A DNA stretch of 63,348 bases, counting the filler. It is 12 parts of 12 records of this genome, joined end to end, with 100 filler letters (N's around TTAATTAATTAA, not from the genome) between each part and the next. Parts side by side here need not be neighbours in the genome. Positions count along the whole stretch, not along the records: positions 33,392 to 39,174 come from SRR15195285_2404; positions 39,275 to 45,433 come from SRR15195285_2405; positions 45,534 to 49,469 come from SRR15195285_2406; 9 more parts are not named here. The stretch is one strand, 5' to 3'. Under the pieces are notes generated by a model. The model searched no databases, was not told where the DNA came from, and saw only the letters and a program-made list of their open reading frames with translations. The position numbers and the translations under genes are program-made. Positions within the stretch are counted from its first letter, which is position 1; every line of letters starts with the position of its first letter. This document shows positions 33,392 through 45,842 of the stretch, piece after piece.

Positions 33392-36300
33392 TGTTGGACT
33401 TGCGTAGTAGCAGAATTACTCTGCGCGCATCAAACACAAACCTCAATGACAGCCAGAACGCAAGCCAGGCAGGCCCGTCAAAATTTGTTGCAACGCAAGT
33501 TAGGCATTACCCGTTGCCCTCCAGGTTTGAAACGTGTGCTGTGCACTCGCCTACGCGTCGACCAAACTGCTCTCCACCAGCAACAGGTACACCGGCACGC
33601 AGCAGAGTGCCTGTGGACAGCAACACGAGCTCAGTTCGATGCGAGCGGCGAACATTCGCCACAGATCATTGCGCGGCATACCGGTCACAAGACAGAGTGC
33701 TGGCTCGTCTGGCACTGAACCATATGTCGCAACGAACTTTTCGTTGAGCTCTGTGGCTAGTTGATCGTATCGTTCAGGCAACTCGACAAGGTGCTGCCCG
33801 ACTAGCGTGGACTTCGTCAGTGAGGATCTTCCTCTCGGCTGCAGACCAAAGCGCACGGCGCGTGTTGTGTTAGTTGCGGAGTCAAGCTGGCGAGAATGAC
33901 AACTGATGCACATGAGGTAGACTTGCCGGTGGATCCAGTGGCCATGGAACTGGTGAGTCAAGTCGAAGGCCAGACATCAAGCGAGTTGGTGAGGAGGGTG
34001 GGGCCTTGTCATCTGGAGATGTAGCTGCGCCGCTACCACCTGGCGTCATCCGTCTGGCGGCACACCACCTGGGGCCAGGCAACAGTGCTTTCCATTAGCA
34101 GTTCATACCAGCACCAGCAGCCGGCGTGGGGTGTGCACAACTTACGCCTCGACGGCCGGGCGGCAGGCCTGCACCAATGCTAGCTCAGGCTCAGGCTGAT
34201 CCGCGCAAGGGGCCGACAGGCCCAATTGTCCCGCGCACCATGCGTATTCATCTTCGACGGAGCATCCGATGGAAGGCAGGTCGTCGCCTAGACGCAAAGC
34301 GACGTGGCCCACCAGCATGATCGCCCGACGCATGAAAGGCAAACATAACTGCCGCAACCTAGAGAGCGTTAACGGTTTCCTGCCATCACCGCCCATGGAA
34401 CAAATCAGCGCGGGCGTTTCACCATCAGACACCGCTTGCTCCTCGTCCATAGCTGCATCGTCACCGCTGCTTGCTGGACCAGGTCCGAACGTGGCTTGCA
34501 CCAACCGTACGACAAAAAAGCAGCGCGCAAGATTGAGCAGATCAGCTCGGGAGGTAGCATGAACAGCGGCAATTGCGAGTAGACGCAATGTGTCTGCCTC
34601 CAGGATGTGAGCTGGAACTCCTACGGCATTGCGGCACGACACTAAATTCGTGGGCTTGACACTGAAGGTCTTTCCATCGACCAGGCAAACGAATCTGCCT
34701 TTGTTTTCGTCGTGTTTCTCGATCTGACCGCGTTGACCGTTGAGTGGCATAGCTGCCGAGCTCCGAAGTCCATGGATTAAAACCGGCTCTCCCACTTCGA
34801 ACATCTGGCTGGTCCGAACGGACGCATTTCCTTGCCACGCAGATGCACCAGTTGCAATTCCACACCACCCGTCGCGAGGGGCGCCCCGCATCAAGTCGAC
34901 GAGCTGGACACGGATCCAGTCCATTAGGGGTTCTGGGGCAGACCTTAAGTGTGTGGCGTAGGCCCGAATACCGTCAAACATCGTACGCATTTGCCGCAGC
35001 TGCAACTCTGGCCACAAGGGTGTGGCGGCGCCGCCATCTGAAGGCAGAGCTCGACACATATCTCTAGCCTCTATGCTGTAGGCAATTACCTCGGAGCCAG
35101 CTTGTAGCATTGTCAACACGTTCTTCTGTGCTGGCGACCCCTTGGCCAGGTCGTACAGAGTGGACAGCATGCGCGCCACGTGCTCCGTCGAGCACACGCC
35201 CGCATCTAGAGGAAAGGTGTCTGTGTCTCTGCTTGTGTCGTACGCAGTCTCGACTGCTCCTAGGAGCCACGACGCCACACCATCTGGAGCCTCTACAGTC
35301 GCTTTGGTGGCCACAGCTGCTGCAGCACGAACCGATGCTGCCCCATTTATAACTGCTGGTACCAGTAGGTTGCAGATTGACTTGCATACAGGGCTAAGAA
35401 ACTCTCCACGATCGACGTCGATACTATGCATACCTTCGTACGGTTGGTTCTGTTCCATCTTGTCCACTAGTGTAACGTAATACGTGTCGTACCGGTCGAA
35501 ATGCAATGCATGCCCGTAGAAGTGCACGCATACCCCACCGCGCAAAGGTGATCCTGACGCGACGCAAGACCGCTGGGCAAATGCCATCATGCCGACCAAG
35601 CGGTCAGGTTGAGACACCTCATGACTGAGTGCACAAGTTGGCAACGATGCTGCATCGTCTCCCCCATCTCCACCATCTCCAGATGCGGCGGCTTCAGTTG
35701 CCCCAGTTTCTTCGTGTGGGGTGACTGTACTGACAAGCGCCATATCGTCTTCGTCACTGCTGTCGCTGTCCATACCCGCCAAGAAAGACATCTGCATTTT
35801 CTGCATATCCGCCATGGCGCGTCGCTGAGCTTCTTGTTTCAGCTGCTTCCTTTTCTCTTCCAAAGATGTTTTGTTGCTCGGAGAAGATGCCCCAGTCACG
35901 CGTCGAAGTTTTTGTTCGCATTCAGCATCAGCTGCGACCATCTCCGCAATGATCCATGCGGTTGCTTCAGCGATACTCGGATTTTCCTCTGCAATTTGAG
36001 TCTGCAACTGGTGCAGCAAAAGCAATATGCATGGAGTACCGTCCAGTGGATCAGCAGCAATAGCGGCATAAAGCGGACGCCGCCCTTGTCCGCCTTCTTC
36101 GGGCAAATACTTCTGACAATGTACGGCCATGGTCAGCAGCTGCAGTGATGAATCGATGATGCCATCAGTGACAGCAGCTGTCGATGGTTTTCCGGGGAGA
36201 GCACTGTCCTCGCCGGCTGACGAAGAGACAGCAATTGCTGACTGCAGCACCAGTCGCCACATGCCCACCATTGCAGTCGCTTCAAAAATTCGGAACGATG

Positions 36301-39145
36301 ACGCAAAGAACTCGTGTGGCTCACTTGGAGCCTGCACACATGGTCGAGGCTGCTGCAAGTCTCGAGCCTTCTTTCGGATCCCTTCGATCCAATCGCGCGC
36401 TTGCTCGTGCTCGTTCCGATTCAAATGAAAGTAGTGCGGATCATACTCCAACACGCTCGCCTCGCGAAGTACGTATCTTCCAGGCTGCATTGGATCAGCA
36501 TTCTCTTTAAACTCAGCCACCGCGGAAATCTCGGCATCGACTTGCTCCGGACTGAAAAAGTCACTCTCGACCATAGTTTGCCGGCGAGCAATCCGTGCAC
36601 ATTCCGACAGCCGAGAGTGACTGCAGCCAGCATCCCCAACGGCACAAAGTCTATGGAGCAACTCTCGCCGCAGGCCAGTACTTGCAGGCAAACGTGGACT
36701 TCGTGGCAGTTCGTTTATGATCTGAATGATGAGCACCAGGCATTCTTCTGCCAATGCTTTCTGGCTCTCATACGATAGCTGAGGTGGTCCATCATCACTA
36801 TCAGTCGCGGGTGCTCCAGCTACCCACTCTCGAATACCAAACCGATCGAACAGGGCGCCCAGGAAGTCATCCGGCTTGACTCGAGCTGCGCCAAGCTGTA
36901 GAACGGTGAGGTCAAGATCGGCCATTAAAACACGGTTGTTAGTGCCAGCATAGTTGACTGCTTCGTGTGCAACCGAGGCCCCGTTCCGTTTCCACATGCC
37001 AACCTGGACTTGGGCAGCGAACGCACTAGTGCGCAGCGGGTGCTCTATCAACCGGAAAATCTGCGCGTCGCATGCTGGACCATCGCGCAACGAAATGAAC
37101 GTTTCAAACAAGGAATGTGGCCCAATGCTGTTGGTTGAACTGATACATGTGGAGCTGCGCCGTAGCGCAATTGCCAGGGCCCGAGAGAGCGGCAAGTGAA
37201 ATGTCACCGGCTGAGTGGCGACATTGTAGGGTGCACCCACTGTTCCATCCTTCTCAACCCACGCAGTCAGGTGCTCGAAACAGACGGCGCCGACTGTGCG
37301 CATTGCAGTCACACGAGCTTGATCGTCCTCAAGCTTATCTATCGCGCCGTAGATTGCTGAGAGGATATCATGTGACATCTGAGTCAACGACCATGTGAGC
37401 TCAAATGCAGACACCCAATGCTCATTCTCGTACTCTACATGAGCTCCAGCTTGGCGTGTTTCTTCTGCTACACCTTGCACGAGCGCTAATGAGTCGCACC
37501 AGTAGCCCAGCAGCTCCGGCCGAGATACCAGCATCATTGGCATCGATGCATTGCAGCGTAGTACGTGCACCATGTCTTGGACTATGTGCCGGTAGCGAGA
37601 GTGCCTGAAGCAGTGATGCGATAAATCCAGACTTCGTCCGGTTTCCTCTGAACCATCGTCAACTGGCGCTTGGGTGGCTTGGAGCATGTCCCTCAGCGAC
37701 AGCAGCAGTGTGCCCAACACATCTGTCTCTTCCTGGAGTATCGGCAACATCGAGGGCACGGTTAAAAGTTGCACCGCAAGCCCGAATACCGACTCCTCTT
37801 GAGTGCCGACCCCGAGGGTCCAGCGGGTGTTGATTGCACGATACGATCGCACAAAGATCAGCCCGAACTGCCGCCGAAAGGCTTGATCATCTTCCGCGGC
37901 AAACAGCGCTAGGTACATGTCGTGCAGGGCCTGCACTAATTTCACGTCGAGCAAGTCGTTGTGCTGCACCAAGGCCAAGAGGCCGACTGTTTGCTGTCCT
38001 GCTGTAGGGTAGTGATCGAACTGTTCGAGCAACGCGTTGCCCGCCAGTGCTGCCAACTGCTTGGACGTCTGCACAACGCGGTGAATCCACCCGACAAGCA
38101 CCACGGCAATGGCAGACCGCTTCGGCAGCGCTGCCCAGCGTGGCGCGACCGACACGAGCAACCCCTCCTCCCGCAGCCCGTCGACAACTGGCCTCGCTGC
38201 CCCTACGTCGCCGCTCCACGCGTCTGCGCTGCCAGCGTTGTGCACGCTGGTGGCAATCTCACGAGCAGCCTGGGCGTGGAGAGCGGTCTCTGCAGCGCGA
38301 GCGTCTACCCGCGGAAGCGCGTGCTGCTGTAGCGCATGGATCACGTCCTCGAATGTGTGCACGTCATCATTGTGCAAACGCACCCTGAAGCTGCTGCGCT
38401 CCGTGTCCCCGGGGCTCTCCGGTGTCACTGGCGCCCCCCCAGCGTCGCGGTGAGCCTCATCCCAGCTGTCTATCGCGCCAGGCGCGAACGACCGCGCGGT
38501 GTCCGACAGAAGGCGCAGCGTAAAGCCGAAGCACGCGCGGAAGAGTTGCGATGCGGCGTCTGCCACCGGCGCCGGCAGCTGTGGCACTTCAGTCGTCTGC
38601 TTCTTGATGCCACGCAAGATGGCGGGGGCGCTGGGGACCCATGCCTCCGGGTCGCCGCCGTCGCAGCAGCCACCGCGGCCGCTCGAGGAGTAGAACGTCA
38701 CCTCGTGCCCATCGTGCGCCTTCGCGTCGAAGCAGCGGGCGCACATCACACAGGTGGGGTCGACGCCGCACGTGCTGCAGCGGTAGACGATCTCGTTCGA
38801 CGAGAACAGCCGGCCGCAGCGCGTCTGGTCGCTGCCCTGCGCCAAACTCGCGAAGAAATCCGCGGGCTGCACAGCCACCGCCCCACCCCCCGCGCCAATA
38901 CACAGCAGCCGGTCCAGCGCCGCGCACAGCCCAAGGTTCTCCGGCTGCAAGAAGGACGGCTCCGCCTCCGCCAAATCGTCGAACGACGCAGGCGACGGCC
39001 GCGCACCCAGCGCAAGCAGCCGCTCCGCGAGCTCCCCCACCCGCGCCACAATCCCATCGCCGCCGCCGCCGCCGCCGCCGCCCTCCTCCGCCAGCAGCTC
39101 GGCCAGCTTGCGGACCATCAGCGTCGACTCCTCCGCCATCGCCAT
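33392..39145 (-). CDS. UBR1/UBR2-type N-recognin E3 ligase homologue (UBR box, ClpS-like N domain, degenerate RING-H2, C-terminal domain); 3'-partial
   Basis: UBR box CGRLF...YRCSTCGVDPTCVMCARCF...HDGH...GGCCDGGDPEAW; ClpS-like LHNDDVHTFEDVI; AVQLLTVPS; HVEYENEHW; VTFHLPLSR; GMWKRNG; EYDPHYFHL. Later exons HLVELPERY...EPALCLVTG and GECTAH run to the contig edge. Confidence 0.92.
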
Positions 39146-39174
39146 CTCACAGGCTGGGTTGGATTCTTGTGGAG

Positions 39175-39274
39175 NNNNNNNNNNNNNNNNNNNNNNNNNN
39201 NNNNNNNNNNNNNNNNNNTTAATTAATTAANNNNNNNNNNNNNNNNNNNNNNNNNNNNNNNNNNNNNNNNNNNN
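39175..39274. other. Artificial contig-joining spacer
   Basis: N44-TTAATTAATTAA-N44. Confidence 0.99.
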
Positions 39275-42200
39275 CCGCTGAGGGCCAATTTGCAATCAGT
39301 TTGTGGGCGACTAAGGCAGCTTGCACTTCTGGGCCGTGGGAATACGTTTTCAGTCACGCCCAGGATCCGACTCTGCAGATCGACAACCCAAGCAATTCCA
39401 ACGTGAACTTGTATGTCAATTGCAACTACGTGAGTTACGAACCGTTTTTCCGCTACATTCTCGTTGATGCTGGTTCTACGTTTGGTTCAGTGGACATGTA
39501 CCTCGGGAGCGACGACCGTTTTCACCCAGGCTACGGTGACTGGGTGCATCTCGCGATCTCAGTCTTCCATGGCATCACCACATTTGTCAACGGCGCAGTC
39601 GTCCACGACTCGTACTACCGATTCGGCGTCGCCCAGTGGCAACAACACGCCGTGAACACGTTCTTCCCAACGCCATCAGAGGGCAATCTTGGCACATCCT
39701 TCAATCTGCAGACAGATGTATTCATTGGCGGCCGAATGGACCAGAATGAAGACCGGCATTTCGCAGGTTCAATTTATGGCATTGCCGTGTTCGAAACCAC
39801 AATCACAGCAGCTGACGCTTGGTGCATGTTTGCCGAAATTGCGCCGCCTACCGTGACAGGTGAGTCCGTCGCTGCCGAACCGGCCGTAGTCTTCGGCTGC
39901 ATTGACCACTGGACCACACGATGCGCTTATGATATCAACCAGGCTGCAGTGGACGGCGACGATTACAACGAGGCGCTTGCGGCGTTCCACTCCTGTGCAG
40001 GGGTTATTCCGCAGCCTCCCGGATTCTGCCACGTTGAGCTTGACACAGCAAGTCACCTGAGCAACCAGGACGCATGTCAGAGCACTGTGTCCGAAAACAT
40101 CGGCTTTCACACAGTGATTCCGTTTACCGTGATGGAGGGTGGTCCGTATCGCTTTCGCTTTCATGTGGACTATGGTCTGGGTGGCTACATCGGCATTGAT
40201 GGCACAGATCATCACGCGGGAGACATCTGGGGCCACATTCTCTTCGAAGACTCAGCTCTCCCAGAAGGAGAGCACTACTTCGAGTCATTGGGGTTCGACG
40301 GCTGCTGTGACGACCACAGTGAGCTGGAGGTGCACGTTCCGTGTGACCTACGGACGGATCCGTGGCGCACGGTGGTCTCTGGGCCATCGGCGAGCATGGT
40401 CTCTCAGGCAAGTGCTGGTGAAAACTGCACGGAAACGTTCCAGGACGAGGGCCGCATCCAATGTGGCGAAACGAAATCAGGCAGCACGGCCGGTATGGCT
40501 GGGCGTGAGCATGTTGATGAGATCCATGCCAACCATAAATTTGGGTTCACAGTAGACGAAACGGCTATTCTCAAGTTTGATTCCTGCGCAAGCGACTTTG
40601 ACACGCTTTTGCGCGTGTACACAGCCGATTTGCAGACGGAGCTCGGCATCTGCGATAACTGTGGCCCATGTGGACTAAAGGACGTACTCAGCGTGCGGCT
40701 GGCTCCAGGAGAATATTTTCTGGTTGTGTCTGGCGGTGGCGATGCAGAAGGGCAGTACTCGGTAAGCATGCAGTGTGGCAGTGGACTTCACGGGTCGATC
40801 GCATGCGGTGATACGGCTAATGGAACGACAACTGGTGATTTGTCCATGCTGGGAGAGGCATCTGCCGAACATTATTACGCGTTCACGGCTTACGCACGCG
40901 GCCTGTACCAGTTCAACAGCTGTGGTAGTAGCTTTGACACATTTTTGAAGGTATACAACCGTGATGCCACGACAGAGATCGACGGGTGCGATGATTGTGG
41001 CAGCTGCTCTACAAGCCATTTGGCATCCATACTGACGACTCAGCTCGAGCCTGGTGACTACATCCTTGTGGTGGAGGGGTACGGGAACTCGCATGGGTAT
41101 TATCAGGTAAGTATGGAGTGCCGTCCCGTCGCTGATATGCTCAACACCAGCATTTCGTGCGGACAGATGGTGAATGACACTACGAACTGGGCTGTTAGCA
41201 TGCTCGGCAACGATGCGGGCGAGCATGTGTACAGCTTCGTTGTTGAGACAACCAGAGTTGTCACGTTTGACTCATGTGGAAGTACTTTCGACACATTCCT
41301 GCATATCTTCGAAAATCAAACAATGACTCCAATTGCATTCAGCGATGATGACTGCAACGATGGAGCGATTGTTACAGCGCTGCTCGGACCAGGTCTCTAC
41401 TTTCTTGTCGTGGAAGGCTTTGGTTCGTACACAGGTTACTACGAGGTTGTCATGAGCTGCCAGCTCGATGATTACACCGAGGAGCCGATGGTTTGTGGTT
41501 CAACCGCGCATGGGGACACGAGAACTGGTGCGAACGTCTTCGACGATGGGGGTTCATATCTTACCGGGCATCCGGCCAGAGAACAGTTGATCCCGTTTTC
41601 TTTGTCTGTCGCCGCTGCTGTGACATTCGAATCATGCCACAGCGCATTTGATGTCAATCTGCGCGTAGTAGATGCCGTCCACCCGCAGCTCCAATACAAC
41701 TCTTGTGAGAGCGTTGATCCAGGGTGCACTGCTGGGGAGCTGAATTTGCCTGCTTGTTCCGCCACGGTCGGCTTCCAGAATCAATTCGACCCCCACCGCT
41801 CAGTTATTGCGGCTGATCTTCCTGCAGGTGATTTTCTCCTCGTGGTCGAAGGCAACATGATTGAAGGCATGTACTCAGTCACAATGTCCTGCCCGCTCGA
41901 GCTCACCGACCCTTGCGAGCGTGCCGACTGCCTCAACGATGCAACATGCGTCGCTGTTCCTGGCAATATCACCCATCCCAATGGCGACTTTCACTGCGAG
42001 TGTCCACCGTCCACCTTGGGTCCTCAGTGTCGATCTACTTCCACGTTCGGTGAAGTAGGCTCCGTCGTGGTGGGCAGTGGTGATCGGTGCGTCACACCCG
42101 AACAGCCTGATGTCAACGGACTTACATGCGCGGCTGCGGTTGGCTACGGCTGGAGCTGTGGTACTTTGATTAATCCGCCTTACAACTACGACTGTCACTG

Positions 42201-45200
42201 CACATGCAATGGATACGCCCGGTTTGATGATATCGAGTGGCATCCAGTTGACCTCTTTGGCCAGTATTCGGACCCAGTTGTAGTTGCTGGCATCCCTTCT
42301 GCTGACGAGGACGACCAAGTCATAGTTCGGATTCGTGCCGTAACACCAACTGGATTTGAAATTGGCCTCCAGGAGCCTAGGTGCATGGATAAAACGCACC
42401 GTGATGAGCAAGTTGGTTGGATTGTCGTTGAGGCCGGGTGGCACCACGTGACTTCGTCTGTTGCAGGCGCGGAAAGCGTGCTGTTGCAAGCTGGACGGGT
42501 GGCTCTGTCAGAAGTCGAGCGATTTGATTGGTATCCAGTCCAGTACGCAGAGCCGTTCGATTCCAAGCCGGCAGTCGTGACCCAGATAAGTACGTTCAAC
42601 GATCGAAACCCAGTGTGGCCTCGCATGCAGGAGTCCACTGCTGCAGGATTCGAAGTGACTCTGCAAGAGGACGATTTTGATGGAATACACTTTGTCGAGG
42701 ACGTGTCCTGGATCGCACTGCCTCCGCGACATGGTTACATTGGAAACCTGCGCTATCAGTCTAGCTTTCTACTGGGAGCGACGCATGAGCCGAATGAAAT
42801 TTCGTTTAGTGCAGAATTTGGGACGCAGCCCGCGTTTTTTGGCGAGCTGACCAGTCTAACAGTCTGTTGCGGAGAGGCGGTGCATCGCTGCGACGGAGAT
42901 CCAGCATTGCTTCGCCTCAACGCAGCAGGTGCACAATCGGTGAGTTTGTTCGTTGACGAGGTGACGTGCAACGAGATTAGCGGGAGGGAAGGGATCGATT
43001 GGTTGCTTGGGGCACGGATAAACGATCACGAGGAGCTCAGTTGGCTTGCGATCGAACCTGGCCTGCTGCTCAAGACAGACCTGGTGGGCTGCGATGGCAT
43101 TGTCGGGAGCGAGCTTCAGTTTGACGGCTGCGGTGTCTGCGACGGAGACGGGATGAGTTGCGAGTGCTGGTATACGGCTGAATTTTACTGGGATGAGCTC
43201 AGTAATTCCACACTGTTTCCGGACCGAGCGGTTTTGAACTTGCCCGATGACGGCTTCGAAAATGTCGCCCTACCTTTTGACTTTCAATTTTTCGGTGTGA
43301 CATATGGAAGTGGCACGCAGATCGAAGTTTACTCCAACGGATTCATCCGCTTTGGTACATTTGCCGGTTACGATGGGACAGCGTCATCGGTGCTATCGCA
43401 ACACTACACCCAATATGGGCTGACGGCACCGCTACCATCGCATGGTACGCCTGGTCCGATGATTGCCGTGTACTGGGCCGACCTGAATCCAGCGGCAGGT
43501 GGGGCAATTTACACGTGGCAAGATGACACTAGACTGATTGTTGAGTGGGCCGAGGTCCCGTTTTGGAACAGCGACATACACGTGCACTTCGAAGCGGTGC
43601 TGAAGGCTGATGGTACCATCGAAATGCGGTACCTCGACATCCAGCCCACTACCCCGCGCGATGGACTCGGGCATCTGCATATGCCGGTCTCGATCGGGTG
43701 GGTCAACGGGCTTGGCGACGAAGGTGTGCAGGTTGGTTACGGCAGCAATCTGAGGGAAGTACAAGAGCGCATCATCGTGCCGCACCAATGCACTGCTATA
43801 GTCGGTTGCGACGGGGTTCTAGACTCTGGATTGGTGGAGGACCGCTGTTCGGTATGTGATGGCAACGGGACGGAGTGTGAGGGTTGCACAGATCCCAATG
43901 CGATCAATGCCCAAGCGTCTTCCCTTTTCGAGAACGGGGGCTGCACGTATGACTGTGCAGCAGTGGACCTCGATCTGGCGCAGCCTCTGTGGGGCGGATC
44001 CACTACGTTCATGCCCTCAGAGCCACACGACTCATCGAACCCGATGCCGAATGTCACGTTCGGAGGCAACGCCTTCGCGGACCGGTATGGCCTGCACATC
44101 GATGGTTCGGGCGACTACGCTGCGATCGACAACGGAGTCACAGGTGATTACGCAGCAGATGCGACCTTTACGGTTTCGTTTTGGTTCACGAAGACAGACT
44201 GTACAAACAGCCTGTACGAGTACATGTACAGCCATGGTGAGTCCGTCGACGGCATGCCACTGGACCGTACGAATTCAAATGTGAACGTGTTCATGAGCTG
44301 CAACCCCCAGGCGTCTCTTCTAGGCACAGGATTTGTGCGAACCACAATGGTAGACCACCGTGCTGCGTCTGGAGACCCAGGGCTGGCCGTACTGTGGGAT
44401 TGGGCTCTGCACGATGCTGGTGACTTCGATTCGATAACGGACTCTTGGATTGCGTACAGCCTGGCTGTCACTCCGACGTCGACGCATACGTACGTAGACG
44501 GAGTTCCAGTATTGCCAGAAAATTACGGTTTTCACTACGAGTGGACCGACTGCATGCGCAACCCGGCATATCCCAACCCGACAGTTCTCAACACAGCACT
44601 CGAAGGGTTCCTGTTCCAGTCTGAGGTACTGGTGGGCGGTCGGACTGATCTCGATCAGGACCGACACTTCTGGGGCGCCATCGCCGGAGTGGTCATCTAC
44701 GACGACGCCATTACGCCAGAGAACATCCACTGCGAGTTTGGCATGGTGATACGGTCCGGTGGCATCACAACAATGCCCGAGCACTACATGGGCTGCACAG
44801 ACCCGCAGGCCAATAATCACTCTCCATGGGCTGGTATCGACGATGGAAGCTGTCTGTATGGAACAGAGGGCTGCTGGGACTACTCGTCCATGGAGGAATT
44901 GGGTGTGCAATGGTTGGATGTCGCGGGGCAGGAGGGCTCAGAGACACCGCACACCAATGCTGACGACGAAACTGTAGTGGTTCAAATCCCTTTCGCCTTC
45001 CCATACTTCGGTCGGAATTACACCCGGGTCGCCGTTGCGGACAACGGCTATGTGACTTTTGCCGACCCAGGCACGACGCTTTTTGTTGGTGAGACAGGTC
45101 CGGCAGCGTACCAGACGAATCGAATGCCGAGCCAGCAGTGGCCGAATAATCAGATCGCGGCACTGTGGACAGACCTGGCAGTGGAAGGTGAGCAGTACAA

Positions 45201-45433
45201 TGCGGGTGATGTCTACACCTGGGGTAACGAGACTGTATTCGGCATCGAGTGGGCCCAGATTCCACACTACGACTCTGACTGCTTTGCCAGCGGAAATACC
45301 GGTGGTACACTCAACGAGGACGGGACAATCGAGCCGAGCTGCCTTCGCCTCACCCATTTTGAGCTGCTCCTATTCGCTGATGGCAGCGTGCAAATGCTGT
45401 ACATGGAGGCGCCGCCTGCGCCTAGCCTGTACG
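39275..45433 (+). CDS. Internal fragment (>2000 aa, open at both ends) of a giant extracellular mosaic protein: LamG-like x2, PA14-like, PPC-like x4, EGF, lectin-like beta repeats, NIDO-like x2, GCTDP-type Cys repeats
   Basis: The frame is stop-free across the contig. Four repeats of ICG...FDSCxSxFDTxLxVY...LxPGxYxLVVEG...GxYxVSMxC; EGF CLNDATC...FHCECPPSTLGPQC; LPFDFQFFG/IPFAFPYFG plus IAVYWADL/IAALWTDL; GCDG...CGVCDGDG; GCTDP. Confidence 0.85.
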
Positions 45434-45533
45434 NNNNNNNNNNNNNNNNNNNNNNNNNNNNNNNNNNNNNNNNNNNNTTAATTAATTAANNNNNNNNNNN
45501 NNNNNNNNNNNNNNNNNNNNNNNNNNNNNNNNN
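45434..45533. other. Artificial contig-joining spacer
   Basis: N44-TTAATTAATTAA-N44. Confidence 0.99.
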
Positions 45534-45630
45534 GTGGTGGTGGTGGTGGTGCTGCTGCTGGTGGTGGTGGTGGTTGGCTTGGGTGGCGCTGCTGCTACTG
45601 GTGGTGGTGGTGGTGGTTGGCTGGGTGGGG
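45534..45630. repeat. (GTG)n/(CTG)n trinucleotide low-complexity tract at contig edge
   Basis: Runs of GTGGTGGTG interspersed with CTGCTG. Confidence 0.9.
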
Positions 45631-45842
45631 CTGCAGACCACGGCCGCCTGGCTCGGGTGGGGCGCGCCGCTGAGGCTGCCCGAGCTGCTGCTGAGGATCG
45701 GTAGGGGCGCTGGGGAGGGGCGAGGAGAGCCTGGTAGGCGGCAGCGGGAGGGGTGGGAGGGTGCTTTGCTGTGGGAGGCGGCAGCGGGAGGGGTGGAGGG
45801 TGCTTTGCTGCGGCTGCTGCGGCTGCGTTGGCGCTGGAGGGG

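Noticed and set aside
38336-39226. Long antisense or overlapping ORFs here and at 12128-12853, 48572-49459 and 49657-50367
   Set aside because: Shadow frames expected opposite GC-rich coding sequence; Arg/Ala/Pro-rich with no motifs.
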